In this document: positions 1 to 8,783 of the stretch, one piece after another
Layout: every line of letters begins with the position of its first letter
Position numbering within the stretch: position 1 is the first letter of the stretch
Assembly (NCBI GenBank): GCA_024695025.1
Contig: JAILIY010000178.1
Coordinates: forward strand, 1 to 40,695
Direction: 5' to 3'
Length of the DNA: 40,695 nt
DNA from: Acholeplasmatales bacterium
Lineage (GTDB): Bacteria > Bacillota_I > Bacilli_A > Acholeplasmatales > Anaeroplasmataceae
The notes under the pieces: generated by a model
The model's database searches: none
Seen by the model: only the letters and a program-made list of their open reading frames with translations
What the model was told of the DNA's origin: nothing
Translations under genes and position numbers: made by a program

Positions 1-285
1 GGACCTGATTCATGTGATTTTGTTTCGACAGGTGATTTAGTCGATTTATTCTGTAAAAAGTGGCAAAACATTAAATGGATTAATAAACATGATGGTGGAC
101 CTCATGAGGCAAGCTTCTTAAAGCTTGATAACAATAAAATAAAAGAAGTATTTAATTGGAAGCCTAATTGGCATATCGATAAGACTATGGATATGATAGT
201 TAGGTTTACTAAAATATATTTTGAAAATAAAGATAATATACCAAATGAAATGGATTATGAAATAAAAGAATTCTTTGGAGAATAA
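1..285 (+). CDS. rfbG: CDP-glucose 4,6-dehydratase, C-terminal part (5' partial)
   Basis: Frame 1 is open from the window edge to TAA at 283-285. It reads GPDSCDFVSTGDLV...GPHEASFLKLDNNKIKEVFNWKPNW; PHEAxxLxLD...W.P.W is the typical RfbG/DdhB C-terminus. Not in the supplied ORF track. Confidence 0.8.
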   Translation, partial: GPDSCDFVSTGDLVDLFCKKWQNIKWINKHDGGPHEASFLKLDNNKIKEVFNWKPNWHIDKTMDMIVRFTKIYFENKDNIPNEMDYEIKEFFGE

Positions 286-286
286 T

Positions 287-1162
287 ATGAAAATAATTGT
301 GACAGGCGCAAACGGCTTTATTGGTAAAAGCTTAATTAAAAAATTAATAAAAAACAATATTGAAGTCTTTGCGATAGATTTAAAATTTGATGATGAATTA
401 AATAATAAATTAGTCACAAAAATAGATGTCTCTTTAGATGATTATGATTTATTATTATCTAAATTAAAGGGAAGCGAATATGATTTGATGTATCATTTCG
501 CTTGGATTGGTGTAAATGGACCAGATAAAGGAAATGCAAAAAAACAATTAAAAAATATCGATATGACTTTAAATTGTGCAAGACTATGTAAAGAATTAAA
601 CATTAAAAAATTATTATGTAGTGGTACAGTTTCAGAAAACAATATTAAAAGTATAAATGATGAAAATAAAAATTATGCATCAATGATTTATGGCAAAGCT
701 AAAAGTGATGCCCATAATTTATTAGAATCATATTGTAAAACAAACAATATAGATTTCGTGTGGATGCAGTTTTCAAATATATATGGTCCTTCAAATAAAA
801 CTGGTAATTTAATAAGTTATACATTAAATCAATTAAATAATAATATGGAGGCAACCTTTGGCCCTGCCCTACAACCATATGATTTTATTTATGTTGATGA
901 TTTAATTGATATTATTTATTTACTTGGTGTAAATAAAACAAATAAGAATTTCTATTTTATAGGTTCTGGTAGTCCTATGATATTAAAGGATTATTTACTT
1001 GAAATAGGCAAGCTTTTAAATAAAGAAGAACTAATTAAAATAGGTGTAAGAAATGATGATGGTATCAAATATGATTATAAGATGTTTGACACTAGTGATT
1101 TAAAAGAAATAATTAAAGATTATAAAATGACAGATTTTATATCAGGAATTAAAAAGTGTTAG
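287..1162 (+). CDS. NAD-dependent epimerase/dehydratase (extended SDR), probable NDP-4-keto-6-deoxyhexose reductase
   Basis: GANGFIG Rossmann motif, YGKAK (YxxxK), NIYGP. GGAG RBS at 277-280 favours ATG 287. Confidence 0.8.
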   Translation: MKIIVTGANGFIGKSLIKKLIKNNIEVFAIDLKFDDELNNKLVTKIDVSLDDYDLLLSKLKGSEYDLMYHFAWIGVNGPDKGNAKKQLKNIDMTLNCARLCKELNIKKLLCSGTVSENNIKSINDENKNYASMIYGKAKSDAHNLLESYCKTNNIDFVWMQFSNIYGPSNKTGNLISYTLNQLNNNMEATFGPALQPYDFIYVDDLIDIIYLLGVNKTNKNFYFIGSGSPMILKDYLLEIGKLLNKEELIKIGVRNDDGIKYDYKMFDTSDLKEIIKDYKMTDFISGIKKC

Positions 1163-1171
1163 GTGATATTT

Positions 1172-1753
1172 ATGCAAAAATGGAATTTTGAAAAATTAGA
1201 ATTAGATGGCGCATATAAAATAACTCCTTTTTTCGCAGATGATAATAGAGGAGGCTTCATAAAAGATTATTCAAAAGAAGTATTTATACAAAATGGAATT
1301 GATTATAATCTTGAAGAAGTATTTTATACAATATCAAAAAAAGGTGTAATAAGGGCTATCCATTTTCAAAATATCAATCAACAAGCCAAATTAGTACGTT
1401 GTGTAAAAGGGAAGGTATATGATGTAATAGTTGACTTGAGAAAAGATTCACCTACATTTATGAAGTGGCAAGGCTTTTATTTGACTGGTGATAATATGGA
1501 AGAAATATTAGTACCAGAAGGATTTGGCCATGGCTATTTAGTAATAGAAGATTCAATCGTATCTTATAAATGTAATGAGAAATTTTATTCAGAATATGAT
1601 TCAGGTATAAGATATGATGATGAAAATTTAAATATTAAATGGCCTTATGATGAAATTGGCGGAAAAGAAAAAATCATAAATTCAATAAAGGATGATAATT
1701 TACAATCATTTAAAGAATTTATGATTAATTACGATAAATTTTTAAAAAATTAA
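1172..1753 (+). CDS. rfbC: RmlC/RfbC-family NDP-4-keto-6-deoxyglucose 3(,5)-epimerase
   Basis: DNRGGF, RAIHFQ, QAKLVRC, VDLRKDSPTF, PEGFGHG and YKC motifs. AGGTG RBS before ATG 1172. Confidence 0.85.
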   Translation: MQKWNFEKLELDGAYKITPFFADDNRGGFIKDYSKEVFIQNGIDYNLEEVFYTISKKGVIRAIHFQNINQQAKLVRCVKGKVYDVIVDLRKDSPTFMKWQGFYLTGDNMEEILVPEGFGHGYLVIEDSIVSYKCNEKFYSEYDSGIRYDDENLNIKWPYDEIGGKEKIINSIKDDNLQSFKEFMINYDKFLKN

Positions 1754-1766
1754 GCCTATAAAAAGC

Positions 1767-1788
1767 AAAAAAACTAGCTAGGCTAGTT
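1767..1788 (-). terminator. Rho-independent terminator of rpmB
   Basis: AACTAGC-TAG-GCTAGTT hairpin (1772-1788) with an A-run on + that forms the U-tract on the - strand. Confidence 0.55.
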
Positions 1789-1821
1789 AGATGCGTTAAT
1801 AAATTTTAAAGCTTAATTAAC

Positions 1822-2010
1822 TTAAGCTCTTTCAATGTTACCCTTCTTTAAAGCTCTTGCAGAAATCTTAACTTTCTTAACATTTCCGTTTTCGTCTTTA
1901 ATACGTACAGTTTGAAGGTTAGCCTTCCAAGTACGACGAGTAGCATTTAAAGCATGTGATCTTTTGTTACCAGTAACAGTTGTTTTACCAGTAATATAAC
2001 ATCTTGCCAT
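1822..2010 (-). CDS. rpmB: 50S ribosomal protein L28
   Basis: MARCYITGK...[20 protein letters not shown]; AAGGAGG RBS on the - strand. Confidence 0.97.
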   Translation of the reverse strand: MARCYITGKTTVTGNKRSHALNATRRTWKANLQTVRIKDENGNVKKVKISARALKKGNIERA

Positions 2011-2152
2011 AAATATTACCTCCTTGATTAAAAATAATCAGCCCTTATATTGTATATTAAAATTTTAATATAATCAAGTGTTAAAATAAATTTTTTTAAC
2101 TATATGATATTTAATAGTTTGTGATATAATAAATTTCGTTTTGAGGTGTAAT

Positions 2153-3133
2153 ATGTTTTTAGATATAATCATTCCTATCTATAACACAAAAGAAAGATAT
2201 TTAAGATGTGCCTTGGATTCTATTCAAAGACAAAAAGGCATTTCTTTTAACGATGTTGGTGTAATTGTCATAGATAATGATTCTAAAATTAAATATGAAA
2301 AGAATTGGTTTGAAACAAACTATCCTAAACTTCACATCAATTATATTGTCAATGAGAAGAATATAGGACCTGGTGCATCAAGACAAAAGGCTATTGATGC
2401 AAGTAGTGCAAAATATGTCACATTACTTGATTCGGATGATGAATTATATTCTGAAAATTCTTTAGCACCAATATTAAAAGGATTATCAACTAATACTATT
2501 AATGTATTGTATACTCTTATGAGACAAGAATTTAAAAAAGATGGAAAGCTTAATTATTATGATTTATCATTTAAGCAATACCAATCATTACATGGAGTAT
2601 TTTTCAAAAAAGAATATTTAGTTCAAAACGAAATTAGATTTCATGATAATTTAAACGCATTTGATGATACATATTTTATGGGCTGCTTAACAGCTAATCA
2701 AGAAGGTTTATTTGTAAACAATCTAACTTATGTTTGGAAATATATTGATGACAGTGAGACATTGTCTAAAAATAAATATAATTATGGTGTTGTTCATTTT
2801 GAAGAAATGGTAAATTGTTATTTATATATTTATGAATATTATAAAAAATATAGACCTGATAGAGCTTCTTTATATATGGTTCAACAACTAGTTGAATGTA
2901 TATTATTTTTAGAATCATCATTCTTTGATTATGAACAATTAAAAGATAAGAAAGAAAGGTATTCAAAGTGGCTTTTTGACTTGTATTTCGAACACAAAGC
3001 CGATTTTAGTCTATTTAATAAGCCATTTATGGATAAATTAATAGAATATAAAAAGAAAGAAATAAATTATCTTTCTGGAAGTACAACATTTAGTGGTGAC
3101 TATTATTCGTTTATTGATAAGTATACAAAATAG
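2153..3133 (+). CDS. Glycosyltransferase family 2
   Basis: IIIPIYN, VIDNDS, N.GPGASRQ, LLDSDD (DxD). GAGGTG RBS before ATG 2153. Confidence 0.88.
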   Translation: MFLDIIIPIYNTKERYLRCALDSIQRQKGISFNDVGVIVIDNDSKIKYEKNWFETNYPKLHINYIVNEKNIGPGASRQKAIDASSAKYVTLLDSDDELYSENSLAPILKGLSTNTINVLYTLMRQEFKKDGKLNYYDLSFKQYQSLHGVFFKKEYLVQNEIRFHDNLNAFDDTYFMGCLTANQEGLFVNNLTYVWKYIDDSETLSKNKYNYGVVHFEEMVNCYLYIYEYYKKYRPDRASLYMVQQLVECILFLESSFFDYEQLKDKKERYSKWLFDLYFEHKADFSLFNKPFMDKLIEYKKKEINYLSGSTTFSGDYYSFIDKYTK

Positions 3134-3206
3134 TCAAAAAAATGATTATTTTTATTAATAAAAATAATAAGGTGTCAAATTTGACCTTCGCTTGTTGAGG
3201 ATTTAT

Positions 3207-3235
3207 TTGACATATTTGATTAAAAGTGATATATT
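3207..3235 (+). promoter_or_regulatory. sigma70/SigA-type promoter upstream of the fakA leader
   Basis: TTGACA (3207-3212), 17 bp spacer, TG-A-TATATT (-10 at 3230-3235). Predicted start about 3241. Confidence 0.7.
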
Positions 3236-3240
3236 TGTTA

Positions 3241-3320
3241 TATCTAGTTTGATGGGGTTTTTGTATCAATTTAGATAAAAGTAATACAAGGGAGGCTGGA
3301 TTACAGAAGTCTAACCCAAA
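3241..3320 (+). ncRNA. Candidate structured leader or sRNA of unknown family
   Basis: GC-enriched island directly after a consensus promoter, with two alternative folds found by hand (see findings). No known family recognised. Confidence 0.3.
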
Positions 3321-3403
3321 ATTAAATAATTTTTAAGTAAAAATTAAATTAGGTTTATAACCTATATTATATATAATCGTATTTAACATTAGGAGGATCA
3401 CAC

Positions 3404-5014
3404 ATGAGTGTTGTTCAAATAGATAATGCATTGTTTAGACGTATGGTCATAAACGGTGCCATTAATTTAAAGAATCATCATGCGGAGGTTGATGGTTTTA
3501 ATGTGTTCCCTGTACCAGATGGTGATACAGGTACAAACATGTCAATGACAGTAACTTCCGGAATTAGAGAAATTGAGAATTGTGAATCTAGTTCAATAAT
3601 CGATAATGCTAAAGTTTTATCAAGAGGTGCTCTTATGGGAGCAAGAGGTAATTCAGGTGTTATCTTATCTCAATTTTTTAGAGGTATCTATGTTGGCCTT
3701 AAGGAAATTCAACATAATTATTTAACTATCGAAGATTTTATGAACTGTTTACAAAGTGGTTGCAAGGTTGCTTATAAAGCAGTTATGGAACCAGTTGAAG
3801 GTACAGTTCTAACAGTTGTTAGAGTTTCAGCAGAAGAAACTCAAAAACATTTAAATGAATTTAAAACTATTGATGACATTTTAGATTTTTACTACAATGC
3901 CGCAATGGATACATTATCAAAAACACCTGATATGCTTCCAGTACTAAAGGAAGCAGGAGTTGTAGACTCAGGTGGAGCTGGATTCTGTAGATTTGTAGAA
4001 GGTATGCTTTTAGCTGTAAAGGGTCAAATCCTTGAAGTAGAAGATGCCACTAAGAAAAAAGATAAACAAGAAGACAAGAAGAAGGAATCTAAATATTTCT
4101 ATGTTACAGATCTAATGGTAGAATTAAAGAAGCCTGATTCTTTTGAAATTAAAGAAATAATCGCTGCATTATCACTTTTAGGTGAAAATGTTAAAGCAGA
4201 AAAGAAAGAAAATATTTTATCAGTTAGTGTAAATACAGACAGACCTGGTAGAGTAATTGAAATTTGTCAAAAACAAGGTGAATTTATTTCATTCAAGATT
4301 GAAAATACTAAGGTAGATTCATCTAAGATTGAAGAAGTAAAAGATGCACCTAAAAAAGAATTTGCAGTAATATCTGTATGCTTCGGTGAAGGTATCGTAA
4401 ATACATTTAAGGAATTAGGTGTAGATTATGTTATCGAAGGTGGTCAAACAATGAACCCTTCTACAGAATCATTCGTTGAAGCTATCAAGAAAGTTAATGC
4501 TTCAAATGTAATTATCATCCCTAACAACGGTAACGTAGTTATGGCTGCTAAGCAAGCTGCATCACTTGTGAGTGGTTCAAATGTTGAAGTATTACCTGCT
4601 AAAACAATTTCTCAAGGCTTCGCATCATTAGTAAATTATAACCCTGAAGCTTCATTAAAAGAAAATGTAGCTAACATGACTGAACAAATTGAACATGTTA
4701 AGACAGGCGAATTAACTTATTCAGTAAGAGATACTGAAATCAAGGGTGTCAAGATTGCATCAGGTGATTATATGGGTATTGCTGAAGGTGAAATTGTTGT
4801 ATCAACTAAATCAAAAGATGATTGCTTAAATTCATTAATTAAGTCAATCGTTGACGATGAATCAGAATTAGTAACTGTATTTGTTGGTAGCGATGTAACA
4901 GAAGATGAAAAAGACGCAATTGAAGGCAAGATTTTAAATATCAATTCTGATATCGATGTAGAAATTATCGATGGTAAGCAAGATATTTATTCATATATTA
5001 TTGCAGTAGAATAA
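3404..5014 (+). CDS. fakA: DAK2-domain fatty acid kinase A-like protein (YloV/FakA family) with atypical middle domain
   Basis: NVFPVPDGDTGTNM, GARGNSGVILSQ, VVDSGG, GGQTMNPS, PNNGN. AGGAGG RBS. Confidence 0.9.
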   Translation: MSVVQIDNALFRRMVINGAINLKNHHAEVDGFNVFPVPDGDTGTNMSMTVTSGIREIENCESSSIIDNAKVLSRGALMGARGNSGVILSQFFRGIYVGLKEIQHNYLTIEDFMNCLQSGCKVAYKAVMEPVEGTVLTVVRVSAEETQKHLNEFKTIDDILDFYYNAAMDTLSKTPDMLPVLKEAGVVDSGGAGFCRFVEGMLLAVKGQILEVEDATKKKDKQEDKKKESKYFYVTDLMVELKKPDSFEIKEIIAALSLLGENVKAEKKENILSVSVNTDRPGRVIEICQKQGEFISFKIENTKVDSSKIEEVKDAPKKEFAVISVCFGEGIVNTFKELGVDYVIEGGQTMNPSTESFVEAIKKVNASNVIIIPNNGNVVMAAKQAASLVSGSNVEVLPAKTISQGFASLVNYNPEASLKENVANMTEQIEHVKTGELTYSVRDTEIKGVKIASGDYMGIAEGEIVVSTKSKDDCLNSLIKSIVDDESELVTVFVGSDVTEDEKDAIEGKILNINSDIDVEIIDGKQDIYSYIIAVE

Positions 5015-5021
5015 TTAATTA

Positions 5022-5052
5022 AAGGATTGGCATTGCCAATCCTTATATTTTT
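5022..5052 (+). terminator. Rho-independent terminator after fakA
   Basis: AAGGATTGGC...GCCAATCCTT perfect stem (5022-5044) followed by a T-rich tract. Confidence 0.7.
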
Positions 5053-5067
5053 GTATGAGGTATTTTT

Positions 5068-7062
5068 ATGGAACTAGGACACTTGCGTGGAGTCGGAAAG
5101 GTAATGCTTAAAAAACTAAATGACAACAACATTTTTTCGACAACTGAGCTAATTTATCATTTCCCTAAAAATTACATAGTATACGAGCCAAATGAACAAA
5201 TGGCCTATTCAGGAAACAATGTATTCTTGACAGGTATTGTCGATTCAAGAGTTCAAATGTTTAAATTCAGAGGTAAGACATACGCTTTTTCATTTTATCT
5301 AAAATGCGAGACTATAAGAATAAAGGTGAGTTTATTTACGACCTTATATGCTGGCATATTAGTTAAAAGTAAAAACAAGATTGGTATTTATGGTAAATAT
5401 AGTAAAAAAGGAAGTTATTTTAGCTGTAAAAAAATATTCTTAGATGACTTTAATTTTAAAATTGAAAATGAATACAAATTAAAAGATTTAGCTGACTCAA
5501 GTTATCAAAGAATAGTAGATAATTATTTCGCAGCTAAAGAATATTTCAAAGATAGTTTACCAGAAGAAATAATCAATAAATATAAATTATTAGATTTAAA
5601 TACTTATTTATATAAATCTCATTTTCCTCAGACAAAAAATGATATAGTTGAAGTTTTAAGAAGACGTAAATATGAAGAATTTTTCTGGTTTTCTATTCAA
5701 TTTGATTATATTAGAAACAAAAGATTTAAAGATAATAAAAAGAAAAGATTAATTGATTTTAGTTTAATAGATGATATTAAAAATAAATTACCTTATGAAT
5801 TATCAATAGATCAAAATAAAGCTTTAGATGATATAGTTAGTGATTTAAAAAAAGATTATACAATGAATAGAATTATTCAAGGTGATGTCGGTTGTGGAAA
5901 GACAATAATTGCCATAATAATATCTTTATTATTCTCAAAAGCCAATATGCAAATTGCGATAATGGCTCCAACTGAAATACTTGCCTACCAGCATTATGAA
6001 TCATTTAAAAAATTATTGATGCCATATGGAGTTAAAGTAGATTGTTTAGTTTCAAGTCTTAAACAAAAAGACAAGAATGAAATTTATACAAGACTAATTG
6101 AAGGAAGACTCAATGTTTTAATAGGAACACACGCACTAATATATGACAAGGTTAAATTTTTAAAGCTTGGCCTAGTAATAATAGATGAACAACATAGATT
6201 TGGTGTAGAACAAAGATTAAAATTAATCAACAAATATAATAATGTAGATTCACTTTTTTTATCTGCAACACCTATTCCTAGAACTTTAGGTTTAACTATG
6301 TTTAGTGATTTAGATATATCATCAATTAAAACTATGCCCAAAGGAAGGCTTGATATAATAACTAAAATTGTGTCAGCTGATAAGACAGAAGCACTTATGA
6401 AATCAATAAAAAATCATCTAAATATGGGTGAACAAGCTTATGTTGTGTGTCCTTTAATTGAAGACAATGAGGATTTTGATTATATGGATTTAAATAGTTG
6501 TTATGACTTGTTTAAAGAATATTTTGATGAAAAAGATATCGCAATCATTCATGGCAAAATGAAATCCGATTTAAAGGATCTAACAATCAATAAATTTAAA
6601 AATGGTGGAACAAAAATATTAATTTCAACAACTGTAATTGAAGTAGGTATAAATATACCTAACGCAACTATGATGATAATTATGGATCCTGAAAGATTTG
6701 GCCTTGCCACACTGCATCAATTAAGAGGTAGAGTAGGAAGAGGAGATAAACAATCATATTGCATGTTAGTGACTAAAGATTTAGAAAATTCAAGATTAAA
6801 AGCGATGGAAGAATACAGTGATGGATTCAATATATCTGAAATAGATTTTAAATTGAGAGGGCCTGGTGATTTTTTAGGTGAAGACCAGTCAGGTTTTAAT
6901 AGTTTAGAGTATGTTTCACTTGAAAACGACATCAATATTTTAAGATGTGCAAAGGAAGATAGTAGACTATATTTTAGTAAATTTATCAATAAAGAATATA
7001 CAAATAAAGAATTTGCAGAAAAAATTAGGAATATAAAGGTAGAAATTGATAAAATAAACTAG
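5068..7062 (+). CDS. recG: ATP-dependent DNA helicase RecG
   Basis: QGDVGCGKT, MAPTEILA, DEQHRFG, SATPIPRTL, LHQLRGRVGRG, RGPG motifs. Confidence 0.95.
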   Translation: MELGHLRGVGKVMLKKLNDNNIFSTTELIYHFPKNYIVYEPNEQMAYSGNNVFLTGIVDSRVQMFKFRGKTYAFSFYLKCETIRIKVSLFTTLYAGILVKSKNKIGIYGKYSKKGSYFSCKKIFLDDFNFKIENEYKLKDLADSSYQRIVDNYFAAKEYFKDSLPEEIINKYKLLDLNTYLYKSHFPQTKNDIVEVLRRRKYEEFFWFSIQFDYIRNKRFKDNKKKRLIDFSLIDDIKNKLPYELSIDQNKALDDIVSDLKKDYTMNRIIQGDVGCGKTIIAIIISLLFSKANMQIAIMAPTEILAYQHYESFKKLLMPYGVKVDCLVSSLKQKDKNEIYTRLIEGRLNVLIGTHALIYDKVKFLKLGLVIIDEQHRFGVEQRLKLINKYNNVDSLFLSATPIPRTLGLTMFSDLDISSIKTMPKGRLDIITKIVSADKTEALMKSIKNHLNMGEQAYVVCPLIEDNEDFDYMDLNSCYDLFKEYFDEKDIAIIHGKMKSDLKDLTINKFKNGGTKILISTTVIEVGINIPNATMMIIMDPERFGLATLHQLRGRVGRGDKQSYCMLVTKDLENSRLKAMEEYSDGFNISEIDFKLRGPGDFLGEDQSGFNSLEYVSLENDINILRCAKEDSRLYFSKFINKEYTNKEFAEKIRNIKVEIDKIN

Positions 7063-7120
7063 TTTTTAGTATGTAAAAATGGTAAAATTATTTTAAGATT
7101 TTTTCGAGGTGATTATTAAT

Positions 7121-8119
7121 ATGATGAAAATTGGAATTGACGCAAATGGCGGGGATTTTGGTGTTAATACAACAGTCTTAGCCGCTATGAAGGCAGTAGA
7201 AACTTATAAGGATATAGAAATTGTTTTATATGGTGATGAAACTAAAATTAAACCATTATTAACAAATGATGAAAGAATAAAAATCGTTCATACAGCTGTT
7301 ACAATGGATATGGGTGAACATGACCCTGTCAGAGCTGTAAGAACTATGAAGGATTCTTCTTTAGACATGGTTATGTACGCAGCTAAAAATAAAGAAGTAG
7401 ATGCAGTAGTTACAAGTGGACCTACACAATGTGTTATTATGGCTGCCCATGTAATTATAAGAAGACTTCCTGGTATGGAAAGAGTAGCTTTATGTCCTAT
7501 AGTACCTAATTACGATAAGAAGGCAAGATTACTTCTTGATGTTGGTGCGAATGTTGAACTTCGTCCAGAACATTATGGTGAATTTGCAATTTACGCCACT
7601 GTAACAGCACAAGAAATCTTAGGAATTAAAAATCCAACAGTTGGCTTATTAAATATTGGTTCAGAACCAGGTAAGGGTAGAGAAATTGATCAAGCTGCTC
7701 ATAAATATTTAAGTGAATTAAAGGGAATTAATTTTTATGGCAATATTGAACCAGATCAAATTATTAATTCTCCAACAGATATCATTGTGTGCGATGGCTT
7801 CACAGGAAATATTGCCCTAAAGACATTAGAAGGTACAGCTAAAACTATGGGTAAGATTTTAAAAGAAGAAATCGGACATAACATTTTTGCGTTATTCTTA
7901 AAGAAAAAATTTAAGAGATTTAAAAAGAGATTTGATTCAAAAGAAGTTGGTGGCGCTATGATTACAGGTATAAAAGTACCAGTAATTAAGGCTCATGGTA
8001 ACAGTGATCCTTACGCTTTTTTTAACGCAATCAGACAAGCATATCAAATGGTAAATGGCGATGTAATCAATAAGGTTATTAATGCCCTACCAAAGGAAGA
8101 GATGAAGAACAATGAATAA
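7121..8119 (+). CDS. plsX: Phosphate acyltransferase PlsX
   Basis: IDANGGD, LLDVGAN, LLNIGSEPGKG, CDGFTGN, IKAHG. GAGGTG RBS favours ATG 7121 (or 7124). Confidence 0.93.
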   Translation: MMKIGIDANGGDFGVNTTVLAAMKAVETYKDIEIVLYGDETKIKPLLTNDERIKIVHTAVTMDMGEHDPVRAVRTMKDSSLDMVMYAAKNKEVDAVVTSGPTQCVIMAAHVIIRRLPGMERVALCPIVPNYDKKARLLLDVGANVELRPEHYGEFAIYATVTAQEILGIKNPTVGLLNIGSEPGKGREIDQAAHKYLSELKGINFYGNIEPDQIINSPTDIIVCDGFTGNIALKTLEGTAKTMGKILKEEIGHNIFALFLKKKFKRFKKRFDSKEVGGAMITGIKVPVIKAHGNSDPYAFFNAIRQAYQMVNGDVINKVINALPKEEMKNNE

Positions 8120-8783
8120 TATTGCTGATTTAGAAAATATATTAGGCTACAAATTTAATAATAAGAAGCTATTAGAAATTGCACTAACACATTCTTCATA
8201 TGCTAATGAGCATGATTTAGAATCAAACGAAAGAATGGAATTTTTAGGTGATGCAGTATTAGAACTTGTAACTAGTAAATATTTATATGAATCACAAAAA
8301 TTAGATGAAGGTGGATTAACAAAAATTCGTGCTAAGGCTGTATGTGAACATGCCCTTGATATTTATGCGAACAATATTGGTCTTCCTAAATTTATATTAT
8401 TAGGTAAAGGTGAAGAGGCAACAGGTGGAAGAAATCGTCCCGCTATAATTGCCGATTGTATGGAGGCTGTTTTAGGTGCTGTATTTTTGGATAGTGACCT
8501 TAAATCAGTTGACATAATATTTAAAGAATTTTTCTTGCCATATTTAAATGAAGTAATTGAATTTAAAGATTATAAATCAGTATTACAAGAAAAACTACAA
8601 AGTGAAAAAAGAACAATTAGATATGAAATAGTTAGGGATGAAGGTCCCGCAAATGATAAGACATTTGAGGCAGTTGTATATATGGATGAAATTCTTATGG
8701 GTAGAGGTATAGGTAAAACTAAAAAAGAAGCTCAACAAAATGCTGCAAAGGCAGCTTTAGAAAAGGAAGCACCTCATGCTTAA
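8112..8783 (+). CDS. rnc: Ribonuclease III
   Basis: ALTHSS, NERMEFLGDAVL signature and a C-terminal dsRBD (DYKSVLQE...KKEAQQNAA). Confidence 0.97.
   Translation: MNNIADLENILGYKFNNKKLLEIALTHSSYANEHDLESNERMEFLGDAVLELVTSKYLYESQKLDEGGLTKIRAKAVCEHALDIYANNIGLPKFILLGKGEEATGGRNRPAIIADCMEAVLGAVFLDSDLKSVDIIFKEFFLPYLNEVIEFKDYKSVLQEKLQSEKRTIRYEIVRDEGPANDKTFEAVVYMDEILMGRGIGKTKKEAQQNAAKAALEKEAPHA

Noticed and set aside
2053-2072. Perfect 20-bp palindrome TATATTAAAATTTTAATATA in the rpmB promoter region
   Set aside because: It contains only A/T, is plausible by chance in this spacer, and has no supporting second copy.
3241-3345. SRP RNA, tRNA, T-box or TPP identity for the fakA leader
   Set aside because: No SRP domain IV motif, cloverleaf, T-box UGGNACC or TPP core was found.
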